DNA of 64,000 nucleotides. Source: Balanoglossus misakiensis (lineage: Eukaryota; Animalia; Hemichordata). Made by a program: the position numbers and the translations under genes. Each line of letters opens with the position of its first letter. Position 1 is the stretch's first letter. Shown one piece after another: positions 12,253 through 24,526 of this stretch. Where the stretch lies: positions 9,867,200 through 9,931,199 of the forward strand of contig CM082593.2 of assembly GCA_040954595.2 (NCBI GenBank), read 5' to 3'. The notes under the pieces are model-generated. The model searched no databases. It was not told the origin of the DNA and worked only from the letters and a program-made list of their open reading frames with translations.

Positions 12253-14124
12253 CTAGTATAGTGGCTTGTGGTCGGTGTGAATGGTATAACGTCTACTAAA
12301 CACGTAGTGCTTGAAGTGTATCGTTGCCCATACAACAGCTAACATCTCGCGTTCTATGTTGCTGTAGTTAGACTCAGCGGGGGTGAGGGCTTTCGATGCG
12401 AAATGGATTGGTTTGCCATTCTGCAGTAACACAGCACCTAGACCTTTGCATGATGCATCACACTGGATCACGATTTCTTTGCTAGCGTCGAAGTAGGTAA
12501 GTACTGGCGCTTTGGTGATAGCATTTATCCTGTGTAGTGCTTGGTCGTGGCTTTCAGACCAAATAAACAGGACGTCTTTCTGTAGTAGTTTTCTGAGTGG
12601 TTCAGTCAGTGGACTCAGCTTCACGAACTTTGACAGATAGTTTACGAGACTGAGGAGTGACTGTAGCTCTTGTTTGTTTGTTGGCGCTTTCAGTTTCTGG
12701 ATTGCAGCCACTTTAGATGGGTCGGGCGATACTCCATCTTTGCTCAGGATGTGTCCGAACAGCTTAACTCTGTCTTTGTTAAACTGACATTTCTCGCCGT
12801 TGAGCTTGACATTGTTCTGTCTGCAGGCTTTCATGACATTTTGTATGGCTATGTCATGCTGTTGTCTGGATTCGGCAGCAATGAGGATGTCATCCTTTAT
12901 GCAGTATTCATTGCTGACCTTCTGGAAAATCCGATCCAGCTCAATCTTGAATACTTCTTGGGCTGAGATGAGTCCAAACGGTAGGCGTGTGAAGCAATAT
13001 CTGCCGTATATAGTGCTGAATGTGGTGAGGAGTTGCGATTCCTCATCAAGTGGGATATTCCAATATCCGCTTCTGAGATCAAGTGTTGAGAAGAACTTTG
13101 CGTTCTTCAGCTCTGGATGAATGTCATCAAGAGTTTTCGCGTAGTAGTGTGGACGTTTGATGAACTTGTTAAGTTCGCGTGGGTCCAGACATATGCGTAG
13201 GGATCCGTCAGCCTTTGTGACAAGTACAATGTTGTTGACCCATTCAGTCGGTTCCTGTACTTCCCTGATGACGCCGATTTCAATCAGACGGTCAAGTTCT
13301 TGTCTGAGAGGGGTTTTCAGTGCGTCGGGTGTTCTCCTTGTTGCGTTAACTGTGGGCACTGCTCCATCAGACAGCTGGATTTTGTGTTCATTTTGGATTT
13401 TGCCAACACCTTTGAACACATCAGCGTTGTCATTGATGAAATGTTCCTTGCTGGTGTACGATGCGATTTCTTTCACATCGAATTTCTCAAAGCAGCTGTG
13501 TCTATCACAGGGAAATTTCACAAGTCCTAGCTTGGCGCATAAGCTGAGGCCGAGTAGGTTGTTCCCCTGTTCTGAGATGAAGGACACGACGTTAAGTAGA
13601 CGGGCGTTTTGATGCTCGATGACCGGGACAGTTACTTTCCCATGGTTTGGGAAACGTTTGCCTCCATATCCGCTAAGACGCATATCAGTTGTGTCTGGCT
13701 TGTGGTTTGGGCCAAACAGTGTTCGGTATGTGGTATAGTCATGCGTTTTCTTATCATGCTGATCAGCTGGTTTAGTGTTTTTATTGGTGGTAGAGCGGCA
13801 TTTCTTTGCCCAGTGGTTGCGTTTGCCACATTTCCTGCAGTCCTGTCCGAAAGCTGGACATTTTCTTGGCGGGTGGTCCAGGCCACAGTTTCTGCATTCC
13901 CCACCTGTGTTTTGCTTCAGCTTGCTTTGTTTGTGGTTATGCACCTTTGCCCTGGCGGAGTGTACAACTTCTCCTGGTTCAGGCGGCGTTGCTTGCCCCA
14001 TAGTCTTCAGTGCAGATACATGCGCATTGGCGGCTTCATAAGTTCTACCGAGGGCTATGGCTTCATTGAGCGTGTATTTTTTAGGCTTAGTTAACAGCTC
14101 TTTCTGGAACTCAAGTATTGGCAT
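12253..14124 (-). pseudogene. pol: Gag-Pol (zinc knuckles, RT, RNase H) of Gypsy 1
   Basis: CRNCGLDH...C and CRKCGKRNHWAKKC knuckles; RICLDP, LDLRSGYW, LPFG and IKDD motifs; CDAS...TDHKPL. No protease DTG motif is visible, suggesting a deletion. Confidence 0.92.
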
Positions 14125-14351
14125 AGCGGCAATGATTAAATAGGTCGAAGGATTCAGTTAAATTGTCCGACTCCCAGTTCATAACCGGTATTTTGTTTGC
14201 CATGGTCGTTTCGGGAAATGTGCTCGCTGTGTGTTGCTAGGTATATGCTATACATTAGGCTAGGCTGTGTTCACATCAAAAGTCAACTTACGCCAATTGC
14301 TTCGGATTGGGTATCACTCGTCTTCTGATGTCAACCGTCGCTGGGTCACCA

Positions 14352-14582
14352 TGTTATGTTTACTGACTCGGTGAGATCAGGTAATGTTTTGTGTAACTCG
14401 TTTAATGAGAAACTTCAACTGGAACACGAACACAACAACTGTACGTTCTGCTAGTACAAGATGGCAGCCATGAACGCGGGAAAAATCATGACCTTACAAT
14501 GTCATATGAACTCTGCTAGAGGGCGCTCTATCAAAGCATTGCATGTGGTATGCTATAGTGAGATTATAGGTATATCATAACA
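14352..14582 (-). repeat. 5' LTR of Gypsy 1
   Basis: Direct repeat of 8741-8971, adjacent to the PBS. Confidence 0.95.
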
Positions 14583-14774
14583 GACATTTTTTTTTATTTA
14601 ATTTATTTAATTTAATTTGGGCGATAAAGAATTTTACAGCGCTCAAAAAACAGATGCTGATACATTTAAAGGTACAGATACAGATTCAGTAACAAATATT
14701 ACATATTAAATTGTGGTATATATTAAATTGTTGTATATGCAATTTCAAAGGAGATTCTCAAGTTACAGATATCA

Positions 14775-17700
14775 TTATACATCAACATTTTCCCATTTCA
14801 GTAAAGTATTCTCTATACAGTTATTTCTTTTGGCAATATACATTTCCACTTTCTTCATAATTCGTACATATATTTTCACAATATTGAAGGAAGGGAGACC
14901 TTACAATCATAAATAGTATTCTTTGTGACAAGTATTACGTGATTTAAAAGTGAATTAAGAGATGCATCTCCCAAGAGAATTTGTTTAGCGGAAAGATTAG
15001 GAGGTGCATCAAGTGCAGAGCCCCACAGGAGCAAAAAGCTTCTCCATAAAGTTTGTACACATTCACACTCTACAAATAGATGAAGAATGGTCTCGTCGAC
15101 TTTTTGACAAAAAGTACAAAGACTACTGTTAACTCTGGGAGGATTCATACGAAACAAAATACGGTTTGTACATAAAACATTATGATTTAACTTCCACTGG
15201 AACTCTTGCAATTTTTTTTCTATTGTGACCTTGAATGGTAGTGCAAAAATATGACACCACTCATTTTTGTCCACAGTTAAAAAACTGTGAAAAGTACAGC
15301 ACACTCTTTGGAGGAAATACATAACTTGCTGTGAAAAGTTTTCTAATATTTTTCACCGTACACTTCCTCAATGGCATAACTTTGTTACAAATTATTACAC
15401 TGATAGGCAATTCTGGCCTAATTACTTCCACATTACATTTCTTCCAATTTGATGGAATTGACTGTAAAATACCTTGCCATTGTAAAAGATGGTTAAGAGT
15501 ACATCCCATAGCAGATAAATCAATCCACGTTTTCAAATTATTGTATTGATTAAAGATGTCTACAATGTACACTATACCTTTTTGGAAGAAAAGCTTATTA
15601 AAAATTCAACAATTGTTAATGAGAATGTCTTTGTTGTCCCAAATGATTTGTTGCGTAATACCAAAATAATTACAAGGATTAATGTCACTCCAAAATTCCA
15701 ACATTTGAATGACAAAGTCTGGTAGTTGAATGGGAAGAGGTTTTACACTGTAGTTACACCTGAAAATGAGTCTGCCACCAATTGGTTGCAGAAAAAAATC
15801 CAAAATTAGTTTCCATGGGAGCTTTGTCTCAGACACGTAGCGCTTAATCCATGAAATTTTAAAAGCTTTGTACAATGCAAAAATGTCTATCATGCCTATT
15901 CCCCCTTCTCTAATATCACCGATTATCGTATTTCTGCTGACCCTATCAGGGCCATTCCAAATAAATTTGTGGATGACATTGTTAATTGTTTTGATATCTG
16001 AGAATTTGATATTTATAAGGTTGAAAATGTACAGAAACTTGGAAATGATCAATGTTTTAACAATCTGGATTTTACCAATTAAGGTAAGCCCTCTGGACCG
16101 CCAGTGGCAAAGCAAACGTGACATTTATAAGCAGCAGCAAGGTTATAAGAAAAGAAAATGCCCACAATTTTAATTGGCGTCTCTGGCCATTTTATACCAA
16201 AAGGTTTATCCTCTCTGTGCCTCCCTTTGCCAAGCCACATAGCTTCCGTTTTGTTACGATTTATACATAAACCAGATGCTAAATGAAAATTGTTTAAAAG
16301 AGAAAAAAGATTCACAGCAGATGTTTCGTCTGCCAAGAAACATGTCAGATCATCTGCAAATGCAGCATTTTTGATTTCTTTGTTTAATATACCAATGCCA
16401 TGAATATTATCATTTTGTTGAAAAGCAACTGAAAGTACTTCCAACCCAATGATAAAAAGAGCTGGGGATAGAGGGTCTCCTTGACGAACACATCGCTGTA
16501 AATCAAAATATCCTGTTGAGAGGCCACAATTAAGAACACAGCTGGTTGGATGTGAATAAAAAGTGCGAATCCAATTCATAAGAGAAGGGCCAACATTTAA
16601 AGCTTCAAGAGCTTTATACAGAAATGGCCATTCTAGGCTGTCAAAAGCCTTCTCAAAAGCTACTGCCATAAGAATACCAGGTAAGTTTTCCATTTTTGTA
16701 AACTCCAAAATGCTATCTATGATTCTTACACAATCACCTATTTGACGACCCTTTATAAAAGCAGACTGGGTCTCATTAATAATATTATGCAAGATCTTGT
16801 CTAAACGTCTAGAAATACATTTCGCACCAATCTTGTAATCAACATTTAAGAGTGTAATGTGCCTCCAGTTTTTAACAAAACGTTTGTCTTTACCCTTTTT
16901 CTCAATGAGAGTGATAACACCTTGCTTCTGACTGTTTGACAAAACACCCATCTCATAACCTTTGTTTAAAGAATTAACAACATTGTAACCTATAAGAGGC
17001 CAAAATTTCATATAAAATTCAACAGACAGGCCATCATTACCTGGAGTTTTGTTTGATGGCATACTAGAGAGGGCCTGGAACGCTTCATCATAAGTGATGA
17101 GGCCATCACAAGAGGCGCTATCTGTATCAGTTAACATGGGCAAGTTTACCATGTTGAAAAAGTCAGTAATGGAGTTCAGATTTTCATGATTTTGTTTACT
17201 ATGATAAAGCTTGGAATAAAAAGACTTAAGTTCTCCTAAAATCTCTTGAGAGTCCGTAATCCTCCTCCCTTCATCATTTATAATTTGGACAATGTGGGAC
17301 TTCTTAGAATTAACCTTTTCCAAACTAAGAAAATAATTTGTATTCTTTTCCCCCAGCTCATACCAGTTTGCTCTTGAACGAATAATGCTACCTTCAACAA
17401 CGTAATCTAATTCTATCTGCAATTCCTTTCTTATACATTCAATCTCATCCCTAATCTCATTGGATGGATCAGAAGCTAGAGCTACCTCCATATGGGTAAG
17501 CTTGGTCTCAAGCTCAGAAATATTATCTCTTCTAGCTTTTGCCTTTTGTTTCCCATAAGAAAGAGAGGCTGTCTTAATTTTGTACTTCAAAAAATCCCAA
17601 ACTTGAATTGGCTCTTGAGAGTGCTACTCATCTACCCAATTTTCAAAGTTGCCATAAATAAGTTTGATAAACTGATCATCTAGAAGAAAGCTATTATTGA

Positions 17701-18460
17701 ACTTCCAGTAGGAACGCCCAAGCCTGGCTCGACTATCACCAATGGAAAGAGTAATTGCAGAATGGTCACTATAATTACAAGAAATGATATCTGTATCTGA
17801 GACAGCTTGCTACAGAGAGCTGCTCACTAAGAAATAATCTAAATGACTCTGAATTAACTCGGGACGCAATTTGCTCCAGGTAAAACGTCTCGTGGAAGGA
17901 TTACGGACTCTCCAAATATCCGAAAGATCAAATTTAGCACAAAGCTCACTCAAAATAGTAGCTGACTTTTTCCACGTGGTTGGGTTTCCACCTTTCCTGT
18001 CAAGTTAGGATTTATAGTCATATTATGATCCCTTACCCAAATAATCTCTCTATCTGGTTCTATTTCCATAGCATAAAGCATTTCAGTGATCTGTGAAAGA
18101 TATGAAACATGCTCAGTTTCATTATTTGGACCATAACAATTTATGAGTAAATACGGCTTTTCAAAAATATCTTCTGAAATAATAATCCGACAATCTTTAT
18201 CGGTACTTACATTATAAATAGAGAAATGTACATTTCTAAAAATAACAAGTACACCTCTACTATTGGAGGTACCGTGTGAAAAAAAATTGGCCAGGGAGTA
18301 GACTTGGCCACAGCTGTTCATCTTTAGGCACACTATGAGTTTCTTGAAGGAAAATGATATTTGGATTTTTCTTTTGCAACCACTGAAAAACACCTTTTCG
18401 TTTCTTATAGTTAGCAATACCACGCACATTTGCTGAAATTACATTATAGTTCTCTGACAT
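14775..18460 (-). pseudogene. L1 ORF2: APE endonuclease, RT and C-terminal zinc finger (several frameshifts)
   Basis: ISANVRG...FLQETH, SDH, PGNDGL, FEKAFDS, RQGDPLSP, AFADD and CTFCQKVDETILHLFVEC. Confidence 0.93.
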
Positions 18461-18967
18461 CAAATTTGACAGAAAATAACTGTACAAAGATGCACTGAAT
18501 TTTTTCTAAATCTCCCAAAATTTTCAAAATAGAAAAGAAAAAAGGAAAAAAAATGAACTCTACAAAGAGCTCAGCAAAGACCGAAAACAAAAGAAAAACA
18601 AAACAACAGGCAAGGTGGAGGATCTGGTACATGGCGTAAAGCAATTTAGGGAGGTGTGGGGAAAGAATATCTCCCCAACAGCGATAACCATAGTCAAAAG
18701 CATAATTGACTAATGCAGTAAAATGAGAAAAGAGAGAGAGAGAAAAAACAAGACATGAATGATCACAACATCGAATAACAGGTCAACAAAAAGCATTTCT
18801 CTAATGGCAGGTGTCCATGTATACAGACAAGTAAAAGAGGACTGATCACCAGTAGCGACATTGCTCTCACACTGACATCAAAAGGATATGATAAACAAGT
18901 CAATGTCTTTGCTGGTAATCTTGTGGTGAAGGCGTGTATTTTGAGTTGTTGATGTAGAGTTGACCAT

Positions 18968-19740
18968 TTACGAACTTGACTTTCTTTTTTTCGTTGTACG
19001 GAGGCTTTGCTTGACTTTATAGTCCGCTGGGCACAAGTCTGGTTTGACAAAAATGTCCGTACCTCTGAAAGCCGTACGCCAGTTTCTCAGTAGTTCACTC
19101 CGCTGTACTCGAAGAGGGAGTTTAACGATGATATGCCTCGGTTTGCCAGATTTACTGCGAGTGTCTTTCACACTTGGACTGCGTTGGGCATTGTCAATCA
19201 AAATGTCCGCCATCTTGAACTTTTCTGCAGCGAGTCTCTTTATGGTTTCAATGCAATTTCATCATCTTTTTAGGGTATGCCTCCAATACGGAGATTGTAG
19301 TTTCGGGAGTATCTTTCAAGCCTTGTCACCGAACTCTCAACTTGTTCATTTCTTTTGGTAAACTCCTCTAATTTTGTTTGAAGTTTCTGAAAATCTGCCT
19401 TCAACTCCACGTTCTCTCCCTTCAGCGTATCTATGTCGTCATCTGCATACTGCAAGGCCTTTTCAAGTTCAGTGTATTTCGTTTCAACAAGTTTCATTCT
19501 TTCAGATAGCTTTCGTTGTTCAGTTATAATCGTTGAAACCCGGTCAGATATCGAGCCCACTTTCTCCTCTAAGTTCTGCAGACATTCCTTCATTAAGGCT
19601 TTCAGCGAGTCACGAGAGAAGCCACTCTCACCTTCTCGCACGCACGGTTCTGATGTACCGCCGCCATCTTTGAAGTACGCTGCGATGTCTTGGTTGTCCG
19701 TACCGACTTTTTTGCTCTTATTTCAGGTTGCGTTTGCCAT
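18968..19740 (-). pseudogene. L1 ORF1 (coiled coil plus RRM/Transposase_22-like)
   Basis: Heptad coiled coil, LERYSRNYNLRIGGIP and PRHIIVKL motifs; contains stops and a frameshift. Confidence 0.85.
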
Positions 19741-21167
19741 ATCCCTTCCAGGTCCGCTACAAGCGTTCTAGGTAACTTTAAATCAGTAACAGTAACGTCA
19801 AATGTTAAACCTGGTGGACTATTACCATGAAATTTCGACCTGCTTTTAGTGACGGTGTGACCACACTGTTCACTCCAGCGCCATGACCTATGACCCCTGT
19901 AACATAACAGACATAGTAGTCAAAGTCCAGTATGTGTTTAAAATGATACCCTGGTCACACACAGTGACAAATATCAGCCTTTGACTATTGTGTCAAATTA
20001 TCTAATTTGTGCATTGTTAATAACCCACTGTGAAGTTTAGTCCAGGTAATTCTTTTTCAGTGTGGAAACATACTATACTTTGAATACATGTTGCATATGG
20101 AGTGTTGAAGGTTATAGTTGGATGCAGTTTTCCAAGCAATTAGGAAATTTTTATATATCGCTTTATACTATTTCATTGGTTGATAAACATCATGATTCTT
20201 CACGTCACGATGAAAACTGAAAAATAAAAATGTTGCTTTATATGCACCAAAAACTATTTTTTTCACCATTGCTATGAAAAATAAAGCACAAAAAACGTAA
20301 CACTTTACATCTTACAGTAAAGGGCATTGCCTGTCGATGTGATACACTTTATCATATAACTTCAAAACTGGTAGCTAGGGCAGTGTTTGCACAGAGGAGT
20401 CCCTTAAATGCCTTCGCTCATTCACACCTCTTCAGTGATGATGCCTGGATTATATTGACATGAAGCTGTTTGTTCAGCAGTGTTTCAACTGCCAGCCACC
20501 TGAGTTCATTTTAACACCCAAACACTGAAAATATTGTAGCAATCAATAATATAACCTACACGCGGGGTAAAAGTCATCGTGTTTTAAAGTTATGTTGATG
20601 CCTGATGTGCATTGTGACTCACGGGGCATGCAAGGGTAAAGCTTGTCCAAAGTTGACAAAGCAAAATACCAGACTAAGTGCCTGTTTTAAAATGTACCTC
20701 TTTCCAAGGACCTTGGTGACGAGGCATAAATTTGGGAACGTTCACGGGACCCATTTTTTCACTGGACCCGCACATGTAATTATATAACCATGAAATTGAA
20801 CTGTTCCCGGGAGCTACCGAGTGTTGCCTTGTTTCACCCGCAGGTTACTAGCTAGGGTTTTTACACTGCCGGCAGTAGTTCCAAAAACTAGCTACACTGC
20901 GTAGTGATTGGTTGACTATATATGAATATGCATGAGGTCTGGTTTATAAGGTTCTACCCAGATGTAGTGCCCATGCCTTCTCACGGCGGAGCGTGACAGA
21001 GAGCATATTCCGTGTACCTCGCTCGTCATCAAGTTTTCTAGGTGGAATTCAGAATGGCAACTACAACCACAAAAGCAACAGTTGTAACAGCACTGCAAAC
21101 ACCAGTTCTCAATACTTTGGCTGTGAGTAGAATGTCTACAACCAGGACTGCGACTGCCAATACCACG

Positions 21168-22940
21168 AGCAGAATGGGTTTCGAAGTGACAGATCATGTG
21201 AAGATCACATTTTCACGCTCACTTCCATTATCAGAAATAGGCTTTCAAATGGTCTTTCTACTTTTGCTACTTTTATTGATTTAAAAAAAGCCTTTGATTA
21301 TGTGGATAGATCTGCGCTTCTGTATAAACTATTACTCCATGGTATTGATGGCAAAATGTATAGCAGTATTAAGACAATGTACTCTGACACCTTATCATGT
21401 GTTAAGGTAAATGATATGTATACAGACTGGTTTACTACAAACATTGGAGTAAGGCAGGGAGACAATTTGTCACCCTCTTTATTTTCATTTTTTATTAATG
21501 ACTTAGCAGTTGAGCTTAAATCATTGAACAAAGGTATTTCTATTGATAACTGTAATATCTGTATATTGTTATATGCCGACGACATTGTCTTGATTTCGGA
21601 TAATGAACTTGATATGCAAGCAATGCTTGACCATGTCGATGATTGGTGCTCCAAATGGCGTCTTCTAGTTAATTGTAGTAAATCAAAAGTTGTCCATTTT
21701 AGGAAAGAAACCATGACAAAAAGTGCATTTGATTTTCATCTTGGTGTAAATTCTGTTGAATATGCTCAGAAGTACAAATACCTTGGGATTGTATTAAGTG
21801 AATTTTTGGATTTTTCTGTTACTTCAGAAGCGTTGTCACAAGCTGCCAATAGAGCATTGGGTGCCTTGAATTCAAAAGTTAAAGTTTTGAAAAACTTTGG
21901 CTTTGAATCCTATACAAAACTATATAATGCATGTGTTACCCCTATACTAGATTACTGCTGTGCAATTTGGGGGTTCAGAAAACATGATAAATGTGATGTA
22001 GTCCAAAACCGTGCCTTAAGATTTTATTTGGGGGTTCATAGGTTTACTCCAACTCATGCAATTATAGGTGATACTGGTTGGTACTCTTGTAGAAATCGCA
22101 GACATATTAACATGATTCGTTATTGGAATAGGCTTCTGGCCATGGACGAACAAAGACTTACAAAAAGGGTCTTCTTGTGGGACTTTGCCTTAAATGATTA
22201 CAATAATTGGTCAAATGAAATCTGTCAGATTTTTGATATTTTAAACGTAGATGTGGAAAACCTATTGTACATTAATATTCCTATGGTTAAAAGAAAGTTG
22301 TTATCAATGCTCGAGTCCGATTGGCTTGAGAATGCTAGACAAAAAGCTAAGTTACGTACTTATATTCTATTGAAATCTACTTATAGTGCAGAAAGTTATG
22401 TTACGTTGAATCTGTCCCGTCGACAACGTTCGTTGACAGCACAAATTCGTGCCGGTGTATTGCCTCTTCGGATTGAAACTGGAAGATTTCGTCACGAGAG
22501 TTTAGATAGAAGGCTTTGTGAATTTTGTCAGAGTAATTCTATTGAAAATGAGAGTCACTTTCTATTGCATTGTCCATTTTATGATGATTTAAGGGTATCT
22601 TATATGAAATGTCTTACGGATGTACGAATTGGTGATATTCCAGACGTGGAAAAGCTGAAGTTATTATTTGAACAAATTAACGTTAGAAATACAGCAAAAT
22701 ATATCGAAAAAGCATTTCTTCGAAGGAAAGAAAGACTGTATAGGCTCAATTAGCATGCATGATTTGTACATTTGTCACTGTGTATTGTACACCCATCTTT
22801 TTCTATTTTTTGCTTGGATCTTTAAAGTGACATATAAGTCCATTGGGCTGGGAGGTTTTCCTATTCAGATTATTATCTTCACTGTAAAGAATTTGTAATT
22901 GACCTCATGTCACTATAATAAACTATCTATCTATCTATCT
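21168..22940 (+). mobile_element. 5'-truncated non-LTR retrotransposon (RTEX-like)
   Basis: Starts mid-RT (QNGFRSDRSCEDH...FIDLKKAFD) and ends AATAAA + (CTAT)n. No clear TSD. Confidence 0.88.
21170..22753 (+). CDS. Truncated LINE reverse transcriptase with C-terminal Cys/His domain
   Basis: GVRQGDNLSP, YADD, YKYLG, LRIETGR and CEFC...ENESHFLLHC. The frame is open from the insertion point to the stop. Confidence 0.88.
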   Translation, partial: QNGFRSDRSCEDHIFTLTSIIRNRLSNGLSTFATFIDLKKAFDYVDRSALLYKLLLHGIDGKMYSSIKTMYSDTLSCVKVNDMYTDWFTTNIGVRQGDNLSPSLFSFFINDLAVELKSLNKGISIDNCNICILLYADDIVLISDNELDMQAMLDHVDDWCSKWRLLVNCSKSKVVHFRKETMTKSAFDFHLGVNSVEYAQKYKYLGIVLSEFLDFSVTSEALSQAANRALGALNSKVKVLKNFGFESYTKLYNACVTPILDYCCAIWGFRKHDKCDVVQNRALRFYLGVHRFTPTHAIIGDTGWYSCRNRRHINMIRYWNRLLAMDEQRLTKRVFLWDFALNDYNNWSNEICQIFDILNVDVENLLYINIPMVKRKLLSMLESDWLENARQKAKLRTYILLKSTYSAESYVTLNLSRRQRSLTAQIRAGVLPLRIETGRFRHESLDRRLCEFCQSNSIENESHFLLHCPFYDDLRVSYMKCLTDVRIGDIPDVEKLKLLFEQINVRNTAKYIEKAFLRRKERLYRLN

Positions 22941-23164
22941 AATGCTACTGTCGCTCTTACCAGTACCCGAACAGCCTCAACGGGTACCAGCCAAGTGCAA
23001 CCAGTCGATGCGGTAAGTTTCACCTTGCAGATCGAATATTATTTGGTGCATGTTGCTGTGTTGTCTTTCCACAGCCAGCTTGTATTCTGATATTCTACGT
23101 TCAAGACCGAAGATATTATCGGGAACTGGGACTGGAGTCATTTCGAATGAGAATGTGATGTATT

Positions 23165-23528
23165 TGGGTCTGACGAAAGAGAAGTGATTTTTGAGTCGTC
23201 CCCATGAAGAGTTATAAATATGGTTGTGGGTATGACGAATTGACAGTTGGTAATGCCGAAGAAACTGAGTATTGAGTCGTCCCCATGGAAAGTTTTGAAA
23301 AACGGTTTTGGGTTGACGAATTTACCGTTGTTAATGGAGAAGAAACTTGAGTCGTCCCCATGAAAAACCTGAGACTGTAATGAATGGTAATGAAGGTGAC
23401 GAGTCGTCCCCAAGTGTTTTTCTTTTCGTATTTGGGTTTGACGAGTCTGGAATCGGTGTACTCGTTACATAATGTGAAAAGGTAGCCGGATTGGTCATGG
23501 CAGGTTGTAACATTTGGGTTGACGAATT
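23165..23528 (+). repeat. Array of self-complementary TGGG-N2/3-GACGA...GAGTCGTCCCCA motifs in the gag intron
   Basis: GAGTCGTCCCCA occurs 4 times; TGGG-N2/3-GACGA left arms occur 5 times, plus one shortened GG-T-GACGA arm; loops vary in length. Confidence 0.8.
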
Positions 23529-24526
23529 ATCGAGCGCTAGTTGGAATGAATATGACTGCTGCAGAGGAAAATATTGCAGGTTGACTGTGAATGGGTGTGG
23601 CCAGAAATAATTGTCATGTAAATTACACGCTAAACGTGCGGCATACCCCAGGTGCTAAGGTTTATGCTTTGATTGGTGCATTGCAGGGACCCGCACATAC
23701 TCGAAGACCGGAGATGTCAAGTGGCCCTCGACTGGAATCCTACGACAGGTTCGAAAGATATCTGACAGAGTTGCGGTTGTATGCTGAACGGGACGAAGCA
23801 GCTTTTAGTCCAGAAGAAGCTTTGGCTCGCCTGGAAATGCTCGTGGACATATCGATGGATATAGGACATAAGGACTATCATAAATACGTAGCCATGTTAC
23901 GGGCTCTGCGTAAAGAGAGGCAATCACCCGCTATGCCTCAGATGTTGCTTTCCCTACATGGATCAGGTGCACATGCAGAGATCTTAGAGAAAATTGCAAA
24001 AGTGAAGAAAGCCGTTGGTAATACCCTTTCAAATGCTGGTCGCAGAGAGAATAGAGAAAGATCAAGTTTGCGATGTTGGAAGTGTAATAGAATTGGACAT
24101 ATAGCTAGGTTTTGTTATGGTAGACATGATAGGTATGATCGCTACGATAGATTTGATAGATATGATGATGGGAGAAGGGAATCTTACCGTTCCCGTTCAG
24201 GTAGAGATACCAAATAGGTTATTGCTATTAGTACAGGTTTACGGTGATTTGCCTGCCTGATGTATGGCTACATATGATATAAAGCGAACACCTTGGCTGG
24301 AATTCTATAGTGTCTATTGTATTGTAACACAGAATTGATAATGATGATTAATGCATCTTTAGAATGTATTTTAAAGTGTTTTAGTTGCTGCTCGGTATAG
24401 ACAGCGCCCTCGTTGGTACCAGCCCTATTACTTACGTTTTTGTATTACTGCGCATGCGCAATTGATACGGCTGTACTGCCGCGCTCATCAACGGACTCGT
24501 TACTTAGTCTTGCAAGAGACCAAAAT

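Larger units (their letters stand above)
8741..14582 (-). mobile_element. Ty3/Gypsy LTR retrotransposon (K02A2.6/Mag-like), internally deleted
   Basis: 231-bp TG...CA LTRs at 8741-8971 and 14352-14582 with about 7-8 differences. TSD GACAC/GACAT. PBS TGGTGACCC (tRNA-Trp-like) at 14343-14351. PPT AAGGAGGGGGA at 8972-8982. Confidence 0.95.
14588..19902 (-). mobile_element. Full-length L1/Tx1-clade LINE, degenerate
   Basis: A-rich tail at ~14588-14618 (minus strand), ORF1 and ORF2 present, 12-bp TSD CATAACAGACAT at 14576-14587 and 19903-19914. Confidence 0.93.
21054..24217 (+). pseudogene. gag: Spliced gag-like gene of the outer element: exon 1 = 21054-21167 + 22941-23012 (split by a LINE), intron 23013-23686, exon 2 = 23687-24217
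   Basis: Removing the LINE restores the Thr-rich frame MATTTTK...ANTT|NATVALTS...VDA. The GTAAGT donor and TTGCAG acceptor join in phase 0 to GPAHTRRPEM..., followed by CWKCNRIGHIARFC (CCHC knuckle) and an RD/RS-rich tail. Confidence 0.75.

Noticed and set aside
12670-14094. Plus-strand ORFs overlapping Gypsy pol (likewise 63379-63958 on the minus strand)
   Set aside because: These are antisense shadow frames of genuine TE coding sequence.
20400-20885. Possible minus-strand exons continuing across the gag-only element into 29509-29670
   Set aside because: The frames I read contain stops and no recognisable domain, so I cannot support a gene call.
23165-23412. Hammerhead ribozyme or CRISPR-like reading of the intronic repeats (CTGACGA, GAAAC, GTC; conserved repeat with variable spacers)
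   Set aside because: No single unit contains both an intact CUGAnGA and GAAA with credible stems I-III. The repeats are only ~12 nt with irregular spacing, the context is eukaryotic, and no cas genes are present.
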